A stretch of DNA of 64,000 nucleotides from Octopus sinensis (taxonomy: Eukaryota): NCBI RefSeq assembly GCF_006345805.1, contig NC_043004.1:82088001-82152000 (forward strand), written 5' to 3'. This document shows, one piece after another, positions 23,901 through 36,080 of this stretch (the stretch's first letter is position 1; each line of letters opens with the position of its first letter). The notes below the pieces were generated by a model. That model was not told the DNA's origin. It made no database searches and saw only the letters and a program-made list of their open reading frames with translations. The translations under genes and the position numbers were made by a program.

Positions 23901-25916
23901 TATATGCATATTTGGACCCCCCCCACACACACACACTTCCCAATAGAAGATAAACTGTTTTTGCTTCTAATTTTTATAAATTTTTACTGACATTTGATAA
24001 GATGAGATTTATCATCGAAACCGGTAATATTTTCTTTATATAATTCTAAAATCATTTTATTGAATTCCTTCTTAAATTGAAATGTCTTAGATCTACTTCT
24101 GCGCTATTTCCATCTCCAGCCACACCTGCATCTCTGATATATTATTTATAGTTCTGGTAACCTTATGAATAGTGAAGACATGTGGCCTAGTAGTTAGGGG
24201 TGTTGGACTGATGATCATAAGATCATGGTTTCAACTCCTGGACCGGGCAATGCATTGTGTTCTGGCAAAAAACACTTCATTTCATGTCACTCCACTTAGT
24301 TGGCAAAAAGTGAGTAACATTGAGACAGACTGGCAGCCTATCCAGGGGAGAATATAAATGCCACAGGAACCAGGAAACTGGCCCTTATTAGTCTATATGA
24401 CTCGAGAAGGGTATTTACCCCCCACCTGCCCACTTTTTAAAAAATTTTCTTAAGAATCTTAGGCATTTTCTGATTCTCATACCTTTCCTTCATAATCAGT
24501 TTCCTGTCAGCTGAAATATCAAAACCATTTCTTTCATCAAATGTTACTTAAACTAAAAGCTACTTTATGAAATAAATTTATTTTTTTGGTTAGAAATAGT
24601 ATTTTTTTTTGTTACAAATGCTTTGTATTGCTTAAAGCCATATATGGTATTTAGCATCTTATATCGATGTCTTCTTTTAATAAAGCACTTACTGTGGTTA
24701 GGTGGTCCTTACCAAGAAGTGTTCTGTGTGTGTTTGTGGGAGCGGGGTTGAAATTCTTCATTAATTTCTCTTGAAATATTTTCTCACATGATTTGAAAAC
24801 CCGTTGTAGAACCAGACGTCTGATTGATTTATTTATTCGAAATTCCTAGTCTGCTTCATAATTATCTAAACGAATGACGGATGAAATTTTTATGGTGTCA
24901 TTGTTCTCTTCCGAACCCCTAAGGGTGCCGCAATCTCCCTGCTTCTTCACCACCTCCATATCTTCCTAGGTCCAATTTCTTGTCATCATTTAGAAATGCT
25001 TTTCGTCATTGCCTTTTTATCAATATGACTACTTTACCAAGAAGATTGGCTACCATTATGGACAGTATTAGCCAAAGATTATCTTTTTATTCATTTTCGC
25101 TATCATTATCTTGGTTGTCGGCATTGACAACAACATCTATCATCTTACTCTTCATTATCGTAATCATCGTCTACACCCCCACTCCATCATCTCTGCCTTT
25201 TCTGGACACTTGATTCTTCACCGTGCTGTGTATCTAAACTCGTACCTTGTGGACATAGTAAATTATTTATGTAGATAGATGTGTAGCGACATGTGTATAT
25301 ATGTGTGTATATATCACATGTATATACATGTCTATTTATATATATATGGTTGCATTTTATGTCTAGATATATATTATATGTATCTATGCATATGTATATG
25401 TGTATATATATGTATATATAGATGTGTATATATGTATATATGTGTGAATATATCACATGTATATACATATGTGTGTGTGTGTATATATCACATGTATATA
25501 CATGTCTATTTATATATATATATATGGTTGCATTTTATGTCTAGATATATATTATATGTATCTATGCATATGTATATGTGTATATATATGTATATATAGA
25601 TGTGTATATATGTATATATGTGTGAATATATCACATGTATATACATATGTGTGTGTGTGTATATATATATATGGTTGTATTTTATGTCTAGATATACATT
25701 ATATATATGTTCATATGTATATGTATGTATATATATATGTGTATATATATATATATAAATATATAACATATATATACATATGTATGTGTATATATATCAT
25801 CATTTAGCGTCCGTTATGTATATATATAAATATATCACATATATATACATATGTGTGTGTATATATATATGTATATATGTATAAATATATCACATATATA
25901 TACATATGTGTGTGCG

Positions 25917-25947
<31 letters not shown>

Positions 25948-28900
25948 GTGTTTTATGTGTAGATATATATTATATACGTCTATGCATATGTATAATATAT
26001 TTACATATATAAATCAAAATCAAAATCAAACCAAATAAAAATAGATGAACATCAATGGAATTTGTATCCTTGTGGGTGGCACATAAGAAAACCATCCGAA
26101 TGTGACCGTAGCCAGTACTGCATCGACTGGCCTCCGTGCTGTGGGCACGTAACAAACAACATCCGAGCGTGGCCGTTCGCCAGCCTCGTCTGGCACCTGT
26201 GTCGGTGGCACATAAGAAAACACCATCCGAGCGTGGCCGTCTGCCAGCCTCGTCTGGCACCTGTGTCGGTGGCACATAAAAACACCATCTGAGCGTGGCC
26301 GTCTGCCAGCCTCGTCTGGTACCTGTGTCGGTGGCACATAAAATCACCCACTACACTCTCGGAGTGGTTGGCGTTAGGAAGGGCATCCAGCTGTAGAAAC
26401 ACTGCCAGATCTGACTGGCCTTGTGCAGCCTTCGAGCTTGCCAGACCCCAGTTGAACCGTCCAACCCATGCTAGCATGGAAGCGGACGTTAAACGATGAT
26501 GATGATGATGATATATGTGTACCTATGTGTGTGTATATACATACATATATTTTTCTATACACGCACACACACATTTTATACACACTGACACATATGTTAC
26601 ACTAAAAACAACAAACAATAAAGTAAACAACATGAGTATGCAAGCATGCATAGTTCTATATATCTCTGTACGTTTATGTACTTGTGTATGACTATGTATA
26701 CTTGAATGTGTGTATGTGTTTGTGTGTGTGTGTGTCTGCATGTGTATGTTTATGTATGTATATACACATATATATACATATGTATTGATTTATTTATACA
26801 TATATGTAAGACTGTATATATACATATATATATATGAGTATGTCCCTCTGCGTGGCACCTTGGGCAAGTGTCTTCTACTATAGCCTCAGGTCAACCAAAG
26901 CCTGTCGGTGGATTTGGTAGACGGAAACTGAAAGAAGCCCGTCGTATATATGTATATATATACGTGTGTGTGTGTGTATATATGTTTGTGTGTCTGTGTT
27001 TGTCCTTCCTACATTGCTTGACAACCGATGCTGGTGTGTTTACATCACCGTAACTTAGTGGTTCGGCAAAAGAGACCGATAGAATAAGTACTAAGCTTAC
27101 GAAGAATAAGTCCTGGGGTCGATTTGCTCGACTAAAGGCGATGCTCCTACATGGCCTCAGTCAAATGACTGAAACAAGTAGAAGAGTATATATATATATA
27201 TATATTAACACACACACACACACTCATATATGTAGGAATGTATATATACATATATATGTATATATGTATTTATACACTTGCTTCTAGGCTTGAAGATAAT
27301 CAGCGTTCTTGAATATGCTGTTGTACATTTGTTAAATATTTGAATTAGGATAAGTATATGTGTGCGTATCTGCACGTGCATGTTTGTGTGTGTGTGTGTG
27401 TTTATGTGTATATGTGTCATTGCTGTTAACTGTTATAGACAATTTTTATGTGAACGTTATGTTACAAACTCATGCAGAGAAGTGGCCGTTTCCTCTTGAA
27501 CTCCGACTTCCTGACCTCTGAACCCTTAATGCTTATTAATGTATTGTGTTGAAGCAGCACCAAAGTATTACATCATATCTTCCACCAGGCTCATGTCTCA
27601 GTGAGTCATCTTACTTTGCCTTGACTTGGAGTGAGAGACCTTTTGCTGACATGAAGGTATGTCAGTGGACCCACTCCGCTACCGGGGAAACCCAAGGGAT
27701 CACAATGAGACCTTGACGGGGATTCACATTATGTGTGTGTGTGACAACAATCTTGATTCTAGGTTCAGTTCCACTGGGCAGCAGCACCTTGGTCAAATGC
27801 TTTCCGCTATAACCTCAGGCTGACCAAAGCCTTGCAGGAGGTTTTGGGAAATGGAAATTGCAAGAAGCCTATTGCGTATGAGTGTGTGTGTGTGTGTGTG
27901 TGCTGTGCTTTTATTCTTTTATCTGTTTCAGTCATTTGACTGCGGCCATACTGGAGTACCACCTTTAGTTGAACAAATCGACTCCATGACTTATTCTTTG
28001 TAAGCCAAGTACTTATACTATCAGTTTTTTTTTGCTGAACTGCTAAGTTACGGGGACATAAAGACACCAACATCAGTTGTCAACCAATGGTGAAGGGACA
28101 AACACAGACACAAACACACACATACATACATACATACATACATATATACATTCACACACACACACATATATATATATATGACGGGCTACTTTCAGTTTCC
28201 GTCTACCAAATCTACTCACAAGGCTTTGGTCGGCCCAAGGCTATAGTTGTAGACACTTGCCGAAGGTGACGCACAGTGGGCCTGAACCCGGAATCATGTG
28301 GTTGGTAAGCAAGCTACTTACCACACACCCACTCCTGCTTATATATATAATAACTCTACATATGGACTGTTGGTGATTTTTTTTCTTGCTTCCTTTTCTT
28401 TTGGACTTTCCTCTGTTTCCGGTTTCCGAAGAAGTGCTATGCTCAAAACATAAAACAACCACTCTTTTCCTATTCTGAGCAACTTGTTAATACTTTGCAT
28501 GTGCTACATCCTCACGTTGTTTTTTACTTGTCTTTTTCCCTGTTTTTTTAAATTAACTATACACACACACACATACATATATAAAGAGAAAGTTAGTCTT
28601 ACAGCTGTTTCTGGGATATTAGGGATATCCCTTCATCAGTGACGATGTGAGATGTCCTGAAAATTCCACACAGCCTTGGCTTTATTGTCTCATTTTATTT
28701 AATGTATACATGCTCATACAAAACCTGCATTAGACTCCTCACTCGTATCATTATCGTACCGATAGTTTAACTACAGGCCTTCCATAGCACTTACATAGCA
28801 TTACCTGCCACCTTGGGTCTTCTGGACACCAATGCCTCTCATATATATACGCAATGGTTACTTTGGTAAGCAGTATAGATTTTTACTATTCTGTAAACAA

Positions 28901-31469
28901 TAATAACAGTGTTTCAGAAGCTTTAAGCTTATAAGAGATCACCATGCAATGACAAATGAAAATAGTCTAATAATGGGGCATACAAACCCTCAACAGAAAA
29001 AAGTAGGTTTTCCCACGTGTATAGGAAAACTTACTTTTTTTCGTCAAGGGCTTATATGCCCCATTATTAGACTATTTTCTTTAGAAATTGCATGGTGATC
29101 ACTTATAAACCTGAAGCATATAAAATGCTAATACATTTGCCAGTCCCGCTGGACTGGCTCCTGTGCAGGTGGCACATAAAAAACACCATTTGAGTGTGGC
29201 CGTTGCCAGTACCGCCTGACTGGCCCTCGTGCATGTAAAAGCACCCACTACACTCTCAGAGTGGTTGGAGTTAGGGAGGGCATCCAGCTGTAGAAACTCT
29301 GCCAGTATAAGATTGGAGCCTAGTGCAGCCATCTGGTTTGCCAGTTCTCAGTCAAATCGTCCAACCCATGCTAGCATGGAAAGCGGGCATTAAATGACGA
29401 TGATATATATATATATATATATACATACACCTTCTTAAAAAGCATATTACTCTACCTTGGGTATTCGAGTACTATTTTTTTCCACCTTGTTTTGCATTTA
29501 TGTGCTTACTATGGTGTCATCATCATCATCGTTTAGCATCCACTTTCCATGCTAGCATGGGTTGGACAGTTCTACTGGGGCCTGTGAAGCCAGAAGGCTT
29601 CATCAGGCCCAGTCAAATCTGGCAGTGTTTCTACGGCTGGATGCCCTTCCTAACGCCAACCACTCCGTGAGTGTAGTGGGTGCTTTTTACGTGCCACCCG
29701 CACAGGTGCCAGACAGAGCTGGCAAACGGCCACGAACGGATGGTGCATTTTATGTGCCACCGGCACGAGGGCCAGGCGAGGCTGGCAACGGACACGAAAC
29801 GGGGCGGTGCTGGCAACAGTCGTGAAACGGAAGGTTCTCTTACATGCCACCGGCACTGGTAACACATCTGCAATTTCCATTGATCGATTTCGATTCTGAT
29901 CCTAAATCGATATATATATATATATATGTAAATGGCTTTATTACAAGTTCAAATATACCTCAAGCATATTTGTGTGTGTGTATGTATCCTCCTGTAACTG
30001 TTTTTTCTCAACATCACTTTCCCCTCAACCATGATCTCCACCCACTGCAGGTCCCTCCAGTCTCCCTCAAGTGTCTACCTGCACACTCTACATGTCCTTG
30101 CATATCTGTCATAGCCCTCTTCCCAAGCCATCCCAATTTCTCTTATCCTCACTTGCTACAATCTCTTCTTCCCCTCTTCCCCAAGGAACTTTGCTTTACA
30201 TCTTCAACACCATCTATTTCTCTCTCTCTCTCTGTCTTTTACTCCATCTTTCTTTTCTTACTAGGGTAGTGCAAAGCCTGTTTCTGCCCCTCAATTCTCT
30301 AACCTCTCACCTCCCTCTGTACCATTCCCTCTCCCAGCTGAGGGGTCTTTGTTTTGTAAGCTACTTGGCAACCCCTCTGATGTTGGTGTCACCTAAAGAG
30401 CACCCAGTACACTCTGTAAAGTGGTTGGTGTAGAAACCTTGCCAAATCAGACAGCAGAGCCTGGTGCAGTCCCCTGGCTTGCCAGTTCCATTCAAATCGT
30501 CCAACCCTTTCCACCTGGAAAATGGTCATTAAATGATGGCGCTGATGATGATGATGATGTAAGTGCGAAATTATAAGCCATTTTCATATGCCTCAGGCAT
30601 ATCAAATTGGTGTGTGTTAATTTCTGGAAATTGGTAAATGGAATTAAAATTATTTTAGCTGGCAAGAATTCTTCTGACAGGCTTGCATTGTTCTCAAGAC
30701 ATTTCTCTTGCTTTCTAAACTTCCGCTAGTTCTTCAATAGAACTTTTACCGGAGAAATCTTGACAAGGACACAATTAGCATTGATGTGTTCTTGCCATTC
30801 TACACACATTGGAATCTTCCTGATTTCACCCCCCTTCCCCCACCTGACACTTCCACTCGCTCCCCAGTGCTTGGATATCTCTTGAGATTGATAAGTGCTA
30901 CTCTGTATTAATATCATTGTTTTCGTTAAAAGCCCATGCAATTCGTCTGGCATCCTTTATATACGTAATGTATTCCTACATCAAACTTTGTTAGTAGGAA
31001 ATTTTGTTTTTATTTCGTACATTTCAAATGCATTTCTGCTTTTGTAGTAGTAGTAGTAAGTAGTAGTAGTAGTAGTAATTGTTACTTTACTGGGGAAAGT
31101 GAAGATAAATTATAGATGTCTTTGTCGACAATGTTGTGAAATATTTGCTACCACATGACTTTATACTACATTGCAACAATGCTTATATCTCTTTTCATTG
31201 TTGTAGTAGTAGTAGTAGTAGTAGTAGTAGCAGCAGAAGTAGTAGTAGATGAATCCCAGACCATCTTAGATTGAGCAGACATATTAGATCTATGGTTAAC
31301 CCTTTTCTTACCATATCTTATCTTATATTATAAAAGAGGAACTGGTCTCTGTCTGTTTGTCTGTTGTAACGTCTATTAAAGGGAAGAAGGGGTGGAATAA
31401 CATGGGACATAACCCCTGTCACAATGTATATTTAGAAGAGGAGGAGAGAAAGTTGTTTTTGAGCAAGAA

Positions 31470-31512
<43 letters not shown>

Positions 31513-32204
31513 ATGCGTATGTGTGAAAGAGAGATAGAAAAATAGACAGGCAGTGTTGTCACCATAGTAACTAGAAAGTTTTGATTAAAAATGCTGGAAT
31601 TTTAAGTGCAAGTCTATCAACACAACACAACATGAACTTCAAAATAATTGCTATATGTATATGTATATAAGACATAAAAGCTATTTGGTTGCTTGTGTGT
31701 ATGTGTGTGTGCATGTTTCTGTATGTCTTTCAACATATAAAGAATGCAGCACAGAGTTTAAAAAAGGACTTTCACTATAATGACAGGTTTTTGTTGTTAT
31801 TGAGAGAGAAATACTGTGTGTGTCTGTGTGGAATGTGTAGATTCTCACCCAGTAGTTTGATCCTCTGTTCCCTAACTCACTCTGCCAAATCTCTCTTACT
31901 GCTACAAGAATGTATGTTCCTCTGTAACTGCTGAACAAAATTTATATGCCTATATATCCTGTTCCCATCCTCCTTACTACTACTACTACTACTACTACTA
32001 CAACAATGAAAAGTGATATTGTGTGCCTTGAGGGTATGCCCCCACCATCTCTCTCTATCCCTCTCTCTCTGTTTATCTATCTGTCTTAGCCATGTATTCA
32101 TCTCTTCAGCAATACATCTTTTCCTGTCCCCCCTATCGTATTTTCACTGCCATCAATACTATGCCCGAATCTGTTGTGGTGGGGGTCTTGTTTTGCAAGC
32201 ACTG

Positions 32205-32235
<31 letters not shown>

Positions 32236-32244
32236 TATATATTA

Positions 32245-32275
<31 letters not shown>

Positions 32276-35200
32276 CATCATCATCGTTTAACATCTGTTT
32301 TCCATGCTAGCATGAGTTGGACAGTTCGACCGGGGTCTGGGAAGCCAGGAGGCTGCACCAGGCTCCAGTCTGATCTGGCAGTGTTTCTACAGCTGGATGT
32401 CCTTCCTAACGCCAACCACTCTGTGAGTGTAGTGGGTGCTTTTTACATGCCACTGGCACGGGGGCCAGAAGAGGCTACCAACAGCCACAATCGGTTGGTA
32501 CATTTTATGTGCCACTAGCACGGAAGCCAGTCAAAACGGCGCTCACATCGGTCACGTTTGGATGGTGCTTTTTACGTGCCACCGGCATGGGTATCACAAC
32601 TACAGTTTCCATATGATTTTCATTTTGATGTTGATGTACTTGACTCAGTAGGTTTTCTCAAGCACAGCAGGTCACCCTACGATCCAAGGTACTTTTGAAT
32701 GGGCTGGGGCTAGTTATGTGAAACTGGTGTAGGATACAACCGTGAACTCACTTTATTTGCTGGGTATTTGTAGTCACAGCATGTTTATATATATATATAT
32801 ATATATGTGTGTATGTGTGTGTGTGAGTGTGTGTATGTGTGCATCTATATATACATACATATATACATATGTATTCATATGTAATATACACACACACACA
32901 TACATATTTATATATATATATGATGATGTATATATTGATAGATATATAATTACACATACATGTATAATTTCCTTCATTTTTTCCCTTTTATTTTCTTTAT
33001 TTTCTGTTATTTATTCCAAAACGTGTTTCATGTCATAAAATGCTCAAACTCTTAATCAGTTCCCTTTCTCCGTTTCTCTCTCTTCCTCTTCCCAGATAAA
33101 ATGATTTCCAATGAGGCTCTTGTCACGGTGCCACTTCTGCTGTTGGCCAACAAGCAGGATCTGCAAGTAAGTAAACCGAATCAGCAGTACTGTTCCTCAT
33201 TGTACCTTAGTGACTATTTTTGCAGTTTTATCAGATTCCTGTGCTCAGACAACCTGCTAGAAATGGCAGCCAAACTCTCCTCTCCTTTAAATTTATCCAC
33301 ACAGGTATGACTGAGTGGTAAGACGTTTGTTCCCCAAACACATGCTTCTGGGTTCTGTCTTACAAAAGTCTTGGGCCTACCAAAGCCTTGTGAGTGGATC
33401 TGGTAGATGAAAACTGGATGAAACTTGTATATATATATATATACAAGCAGGGAGTGCTGAGGTTCAACCCCACGACTTTCAATGACTGCCCCTGTGCTTT
33501 GTTGATGGTCATCGCGAAGCTCAGGCAAATAGGGAATTGAACGAGTTTCATCAGGTAAAACAGCTGGTGTACTTGCGCGTACAAATGCATGTTCCCACAG
33601 CTTTATTGATTGAATTCTCACCTGGAATTGATTTTTGTAATTTTTTCAAGACTTATGCTTGCCCTGATACCATCGGTATCTACACATCAAATTTGAGCGC
33701 AATCGATGGAGGATGCCTGAGATCCGAGAAGACACACAGACAGACAGAACAGATTTTATATAAGAGATATTGTCATTGTTGCTGTTGTTTAACAACCACT
33801 TTCCATGCTGGCATGGGTTGGACAGTTTGACTGGGGGCTGGCGAGTCAGAAGGCTGCACCAGATTTAATCTGATTTGCCAAAGTTTATACAGCTGGATGC
33901 CCTTCCTATTGCCAACCACTCCGAGAGTGTAGTGGGTGCTTTTTATGTGCCACCAGCAAAAAAGCCAGGGGGACATAAACATACCAACCTCAGTTGTCAA
34001 GCGATGGCGCAAGGACAAACACAGACACACACACACACACACACACACAGACACACACATGCAGACACATATATACAATGGGGTTCTTTCAGGTTCTGTC
34101 TATCAAATCCACTCACAAGGATATAGTGGAAGACACTTGCCCAAGGTGTCACGCAGTGGGACTGAACCCATAACCATGTGGTTGGGAAGCAAGCTTCTTA
34201 CCACACAGCCACTTCTATACCTATGTCTAATATTTTGATATTCAAAATATCTTCTTTTCAGGGATGTCTTCCATTAAATGAAGTGAAAAAAATTTTCAGT
34301 TCCAATCCATCATTAATTGGTCCAAGAGAATGTAAAGCCGATGCTGTCTCTGCTCTAAGAGGGTAAGTACGATATTCTGTTGGTTTCGTTTTAACTGTTT
34401 CAACCTCAAAATCTGTTTCCTGTAAACCTTGGACAATATTCATCTCAAAATGGGGTGAAAAATGATGATCAGTGTTAAATATTTTGAAGATCATTGTCAA
34501 AGAAATGAAGAAGATAAATGTCTGCAATGAATGATTGAAAGATCAGCCAACTCCAGTGAAGGCCTCCCCTGACTTTCAGCTGTTGTGACTTCTGTGACCT
34601 TATCAGAGACATAGGGTACTACACAAACATACGCGTTTGGTTGTACAAAATCTACCTCAACAAATTCTTTCAAATCCATGCAAATGTGCAAAAGTGGATG
34701 TTAAATAATGATGGTGATTTTATATATATATATATATATTTTTTCTGCCTTTAACCCTCCAATGTGGAGTATAGGCCACTTATAATTGAATTCCATGTCG
34801 CATAATTTTTCGCTTCTGTACTCATACTCTGCCATGAATGTCCCCCTTTCTCTAGTTCCTTTTGTGTTGATCTACACCACGAGTTCTTAGGCCTACCTTT
34901 CTTTCTGTTACCATCCGGATTCCACTGTAAAGCAATTTTTGCTACATTTGGTGTGTCTTTTCTAATTGTGCTACCAATCCACTTCCACTTTTTCTTAGAT
35001 ATTTGCTCCCTAATCAAAACTTGATTTGTTTTCTTGCCATAGCTCCATATTGCTTATGTGTTCAGGCCAACTAATCTTAAGGATACTACGCAAGCATCTG
35101 TTGATGAATGATTGTATTTAATTATTTGACTTAACTGTTGTTTGCAGTGTCTCAGCCCCATACAATAACACCGCTTTTACATTAGTTATTTTGTTCATTA

Positions 35201-36080
35201 TTGAAATTTTATATATATATATATATATTTTATATATATATTTTGTTTTTTATTGAAATTATATATATATATATATTATCAAAACCAAGATCGCCATCAA
35301 ATAAAGATTGAAATCATAAAGGAAATTGTAGTTGTGGCCAATGCCAGTGCCACCGAACTGACTCCCCGTGCCGGTGGCACTACACTCTCCAAGTGGTTGG
35401 TGTTAGGAAGGGCATCGAGCTGTAGAAACCTTGCCAAATCAGATTGGAGCCTGGTGCAGCCTACTGGTTTGCAAGTCCCCAGTCAAACTGCTCAACCCAT
35501 CCCAGCATGGAAAGCGGATGTTAAAAATGATAATGATGATATATAAAAAATTAAATAAGTCACAAGGGAATAAAAAATTATGTAATGGATTTCTTTGGCT
35601 GACAACTGTTTCTGCTGTCGGATGCAGTGCGCTCATAGCTGAGTGTTTGTGTATCACCTTATAGCTTCATCAAAGCTTCAAAAATGAAGTGTAATTTTAT
35701 TTAGAAGTTCTGACACCAAGTTATTAGTATTGCTGTGCATAAGTGAAATAATGAAATATATATAGAAGACACTTGCCCAAGGTGCCATGCAGTGGGACTG
35801 AACCCGGAACTATGTGATTGGTAAGCAAGCCATTTATGACACAGCCACTCCTGTGCCTGAATACAATTGATATAAACTTTTTCCCTCTCCTCAGACACAT
35901 AAAGAGAAATATACTCGCACATATATACAGAGAGAGAAACAAATAAAAGAATATAATATGTTTACACGTTTTTCTTGTTCTTGTTCCAGAGATGGTGTTC
36001 ATGAAGGAATCGACTGGGTTGTAAAAGCTGTCCAACAGAACAATGTGCGTCGACCTCCAACCCAAAAGGACATCACCTGA
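8779..36080 (+). CDS. ARFRP1: ADP-ribosylation factor-related protein 1, join(8779..8871,9870..9957,14424..14506,18597..18678,33096..33166,34262..34362,35990..36080), 202 aa
   Basis: Seven exons (93+88+83+82+71+101+91=609 nt), all flanked by AG/GT, join in frame to [36 protein letters not shown]...[10 protein letters not shown]. GTPase motifs: GLDNAGKT (G1), WDLGGQ (G3), NKQD (G4), VSAL (G5). The MYTLLSG N-terminus lacking Gly2 and the RPP..DIT C-terminus match ARFRP1 as I recall it. Confidence 0.97.
9870..9957 (+). CDS. ARFRP1: ARFRP1 coding exon 2 ([29 protein letters not shown])
   Basis: ctgtttcag|ACT...AACA|gtgagt; switch I TTVGLN. Confidence 0.96.
10140..10650 (-). mobile_element. RTE-clade LINE 3' end (ORF C-terminus plus 3' UTR, (GAT)n tail)
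   Basis: Minus strand encodes ..[18 protein letters not shown].., then runs into the abundant GGTTGGCATTAGGAAGGGCATCCAGC...GTTAAAC(GAT)n module. Confidence 0.75.
11085..11530 (+). mobile_element. Degenerate non-LTR (RTE-like) reverse transcriptase fragment
   Basis: [34 protein letters not shown] (decayed QG..SP and YADD motifs). Confidence 0.75.
11905..12040 (-). mobile_element. RTE/BovB-like ORF fragment
   Basis: [29 protein letters not shown]. Confidence 0.75.
12690..13365. mobile_element. Foldback MITE-like element interrupted by an RTE 3' fragment (12757-12940)
   Basis: Arms 12938-13055 and 13253-13363 are reverse complements; same family as 18082-18420. Confidence 0.7.
14424..14506 (+). 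CDS. ARFRP1: ARFRP1 coding exon 3 ([28 protein letters not shown])
   Basis: ctttattcag|TT...AAA|gtaagt; WDLGGQ. Confidence 0.97.
14551..14971 (+). mobile_element. Merlin-like non-autonomous DNA transposon (MITE) with internal TTAGGG repeats
   Basis: ~28-bp TIR GGATCTTTTCGGTTTGAACGGCAGTTTT; perfect 8-bp TSD CAACACAG (14543-14550 and 14972-14979); GG-initial TIR with an 8-bp TSD fits Merlin. Confidence 0.8.
16404..16697. repeat. Inverted repeat with ~92-bp arms carrying a degenerate hammerhead-like motif
   Basis: 16404-16498 vs 16607-16697; CAG-TTGAAAA-GGTC..GACC-GAAAC-CG-GTA-CTG. Confidence 0.8.
17319..17381 (-). ncRNA. Type I hammerhead ribozyme, copy 1
   Basis: CTGAG-CTGATGA-A-GGA(AAA)GTGG..CCAC(AAA)TCC-A-GAAAC-AGACT-GTC^CTCGG; full core and three helices; predicted cut between 17325 and 17324. 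Confidence 0.75.
17879..17941 (-). ncRNA. Type I hammerhead ribozyme, copy 2
   Basis: Identical motif at +560. Confidence 0.75.
18082..18420. mobile_element. Foldback MITE-like element (arms ~135 bp, loop ~30 nt)
   Basis: 18082-18218 pairs with 18249-18383 with few mismatches. Confidence 0.8.
18597..18678 (+). CDS. ARFRP1: ARFRP1 coding exon 4 ([27 protein letters not shown])
   Basis: ttttcattttag|TAT...TTTG|gtatgt. Confidence 0.96.
19150..19712 (+). mobile_element. RTE-clade LINE C-terminal ORF fragment
   Basis: [47 protein letters not shown]. Confidence 0.82.
20380..20662. mobile_element. piggyBac-like non-autonomous element
   Basis: TTAA|CCCTTT ... AAAGGG|TTAA. Confidence 0.6.
25290..25990. 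repeat. Higher-order (~180-bp) repeat built from TA/TG microsatellites
   Basis: Block ATGGTTGCATTTTATGTCTAGATATAT recurs near 25347, 25524, 25672 and (degenerate) 25945. Confidence 0.85.
26075..26510 (+). mobile_element. RTE LINE 3' UTR fragment with ~63-bp VNTR (4+ units)
   Basis: Unit GGTGGCACATAAAAACACCATCCGAGCGTGGCCGTCTGCCAGCCTCGTCTGGCACCTGTGTC, followed by the conserved module and GGACGTTAAAC(GAT)n; about 15 related copies in the window. Confidence 0.8.
28596..28643 (-). ncRNA. Minimal type I hammerhead ribozyme
   Basis: GTCA-CTGATGA-A-GGGATAT(CCCTA)ATATCCC-A-GAAAC-AGCT-GTA^AGAC; 7-bp stem II and palindromic stem III ACAGCTGT. Confidence 0.7.
28930..29107. mobile_element. Small palindromic (foldback) MITE-like element
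   Basis: TTATAAGAGATCACCATGCAAT..AAAATAGTCTAATAATGGGGCATA.. pairs with ..TATGCCCCATTATTAGACTATTTT..ATTGCATGGTGATCACTTATAA. Confidence 0.7.
33096..33166 (+). CDS. ARFRP1: ARFRP1 coding exon 5 ([24 protein letters not shown])
   Basis: Long pyrimidine tract, cccag|AT...CAA|gtaagt; NKQD. Confidence 0.96.
34262..34362 (+). CDS. ARFRP1: ARFRP1 coding exon 6 ([33 protein letters not shown])
   Basis: cttcttttcag|GGA...AGAGG|gtaagt; G5-like VSAL. Confidence 0.94.
34750..35180 (-). mobile_element. RTE-clade LINE 3' fragment
   Basis: [30 protein letters not shown]. Confidence 0.82.
35990..36080 (+). CDS. ARFRP1: ARFRP1 coding exon 7 ([30 protein letters not shown])
   Basis: cttgttccag|A GAT GGT...ACC TGA. 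Confidence 0.96.

Noticed and set aside
26075-26345. CRISPR-like array
   Set aside because: The whole unit repeats with no unique spacers; no cas genes; eukaryotic LINE UTR context
33167-33310. Extension of ARFRP1 exon 5 in ORF 33101-33310
   Set aside because: Read-through past a strong GTAAGT donor; homology resumes in exon 6
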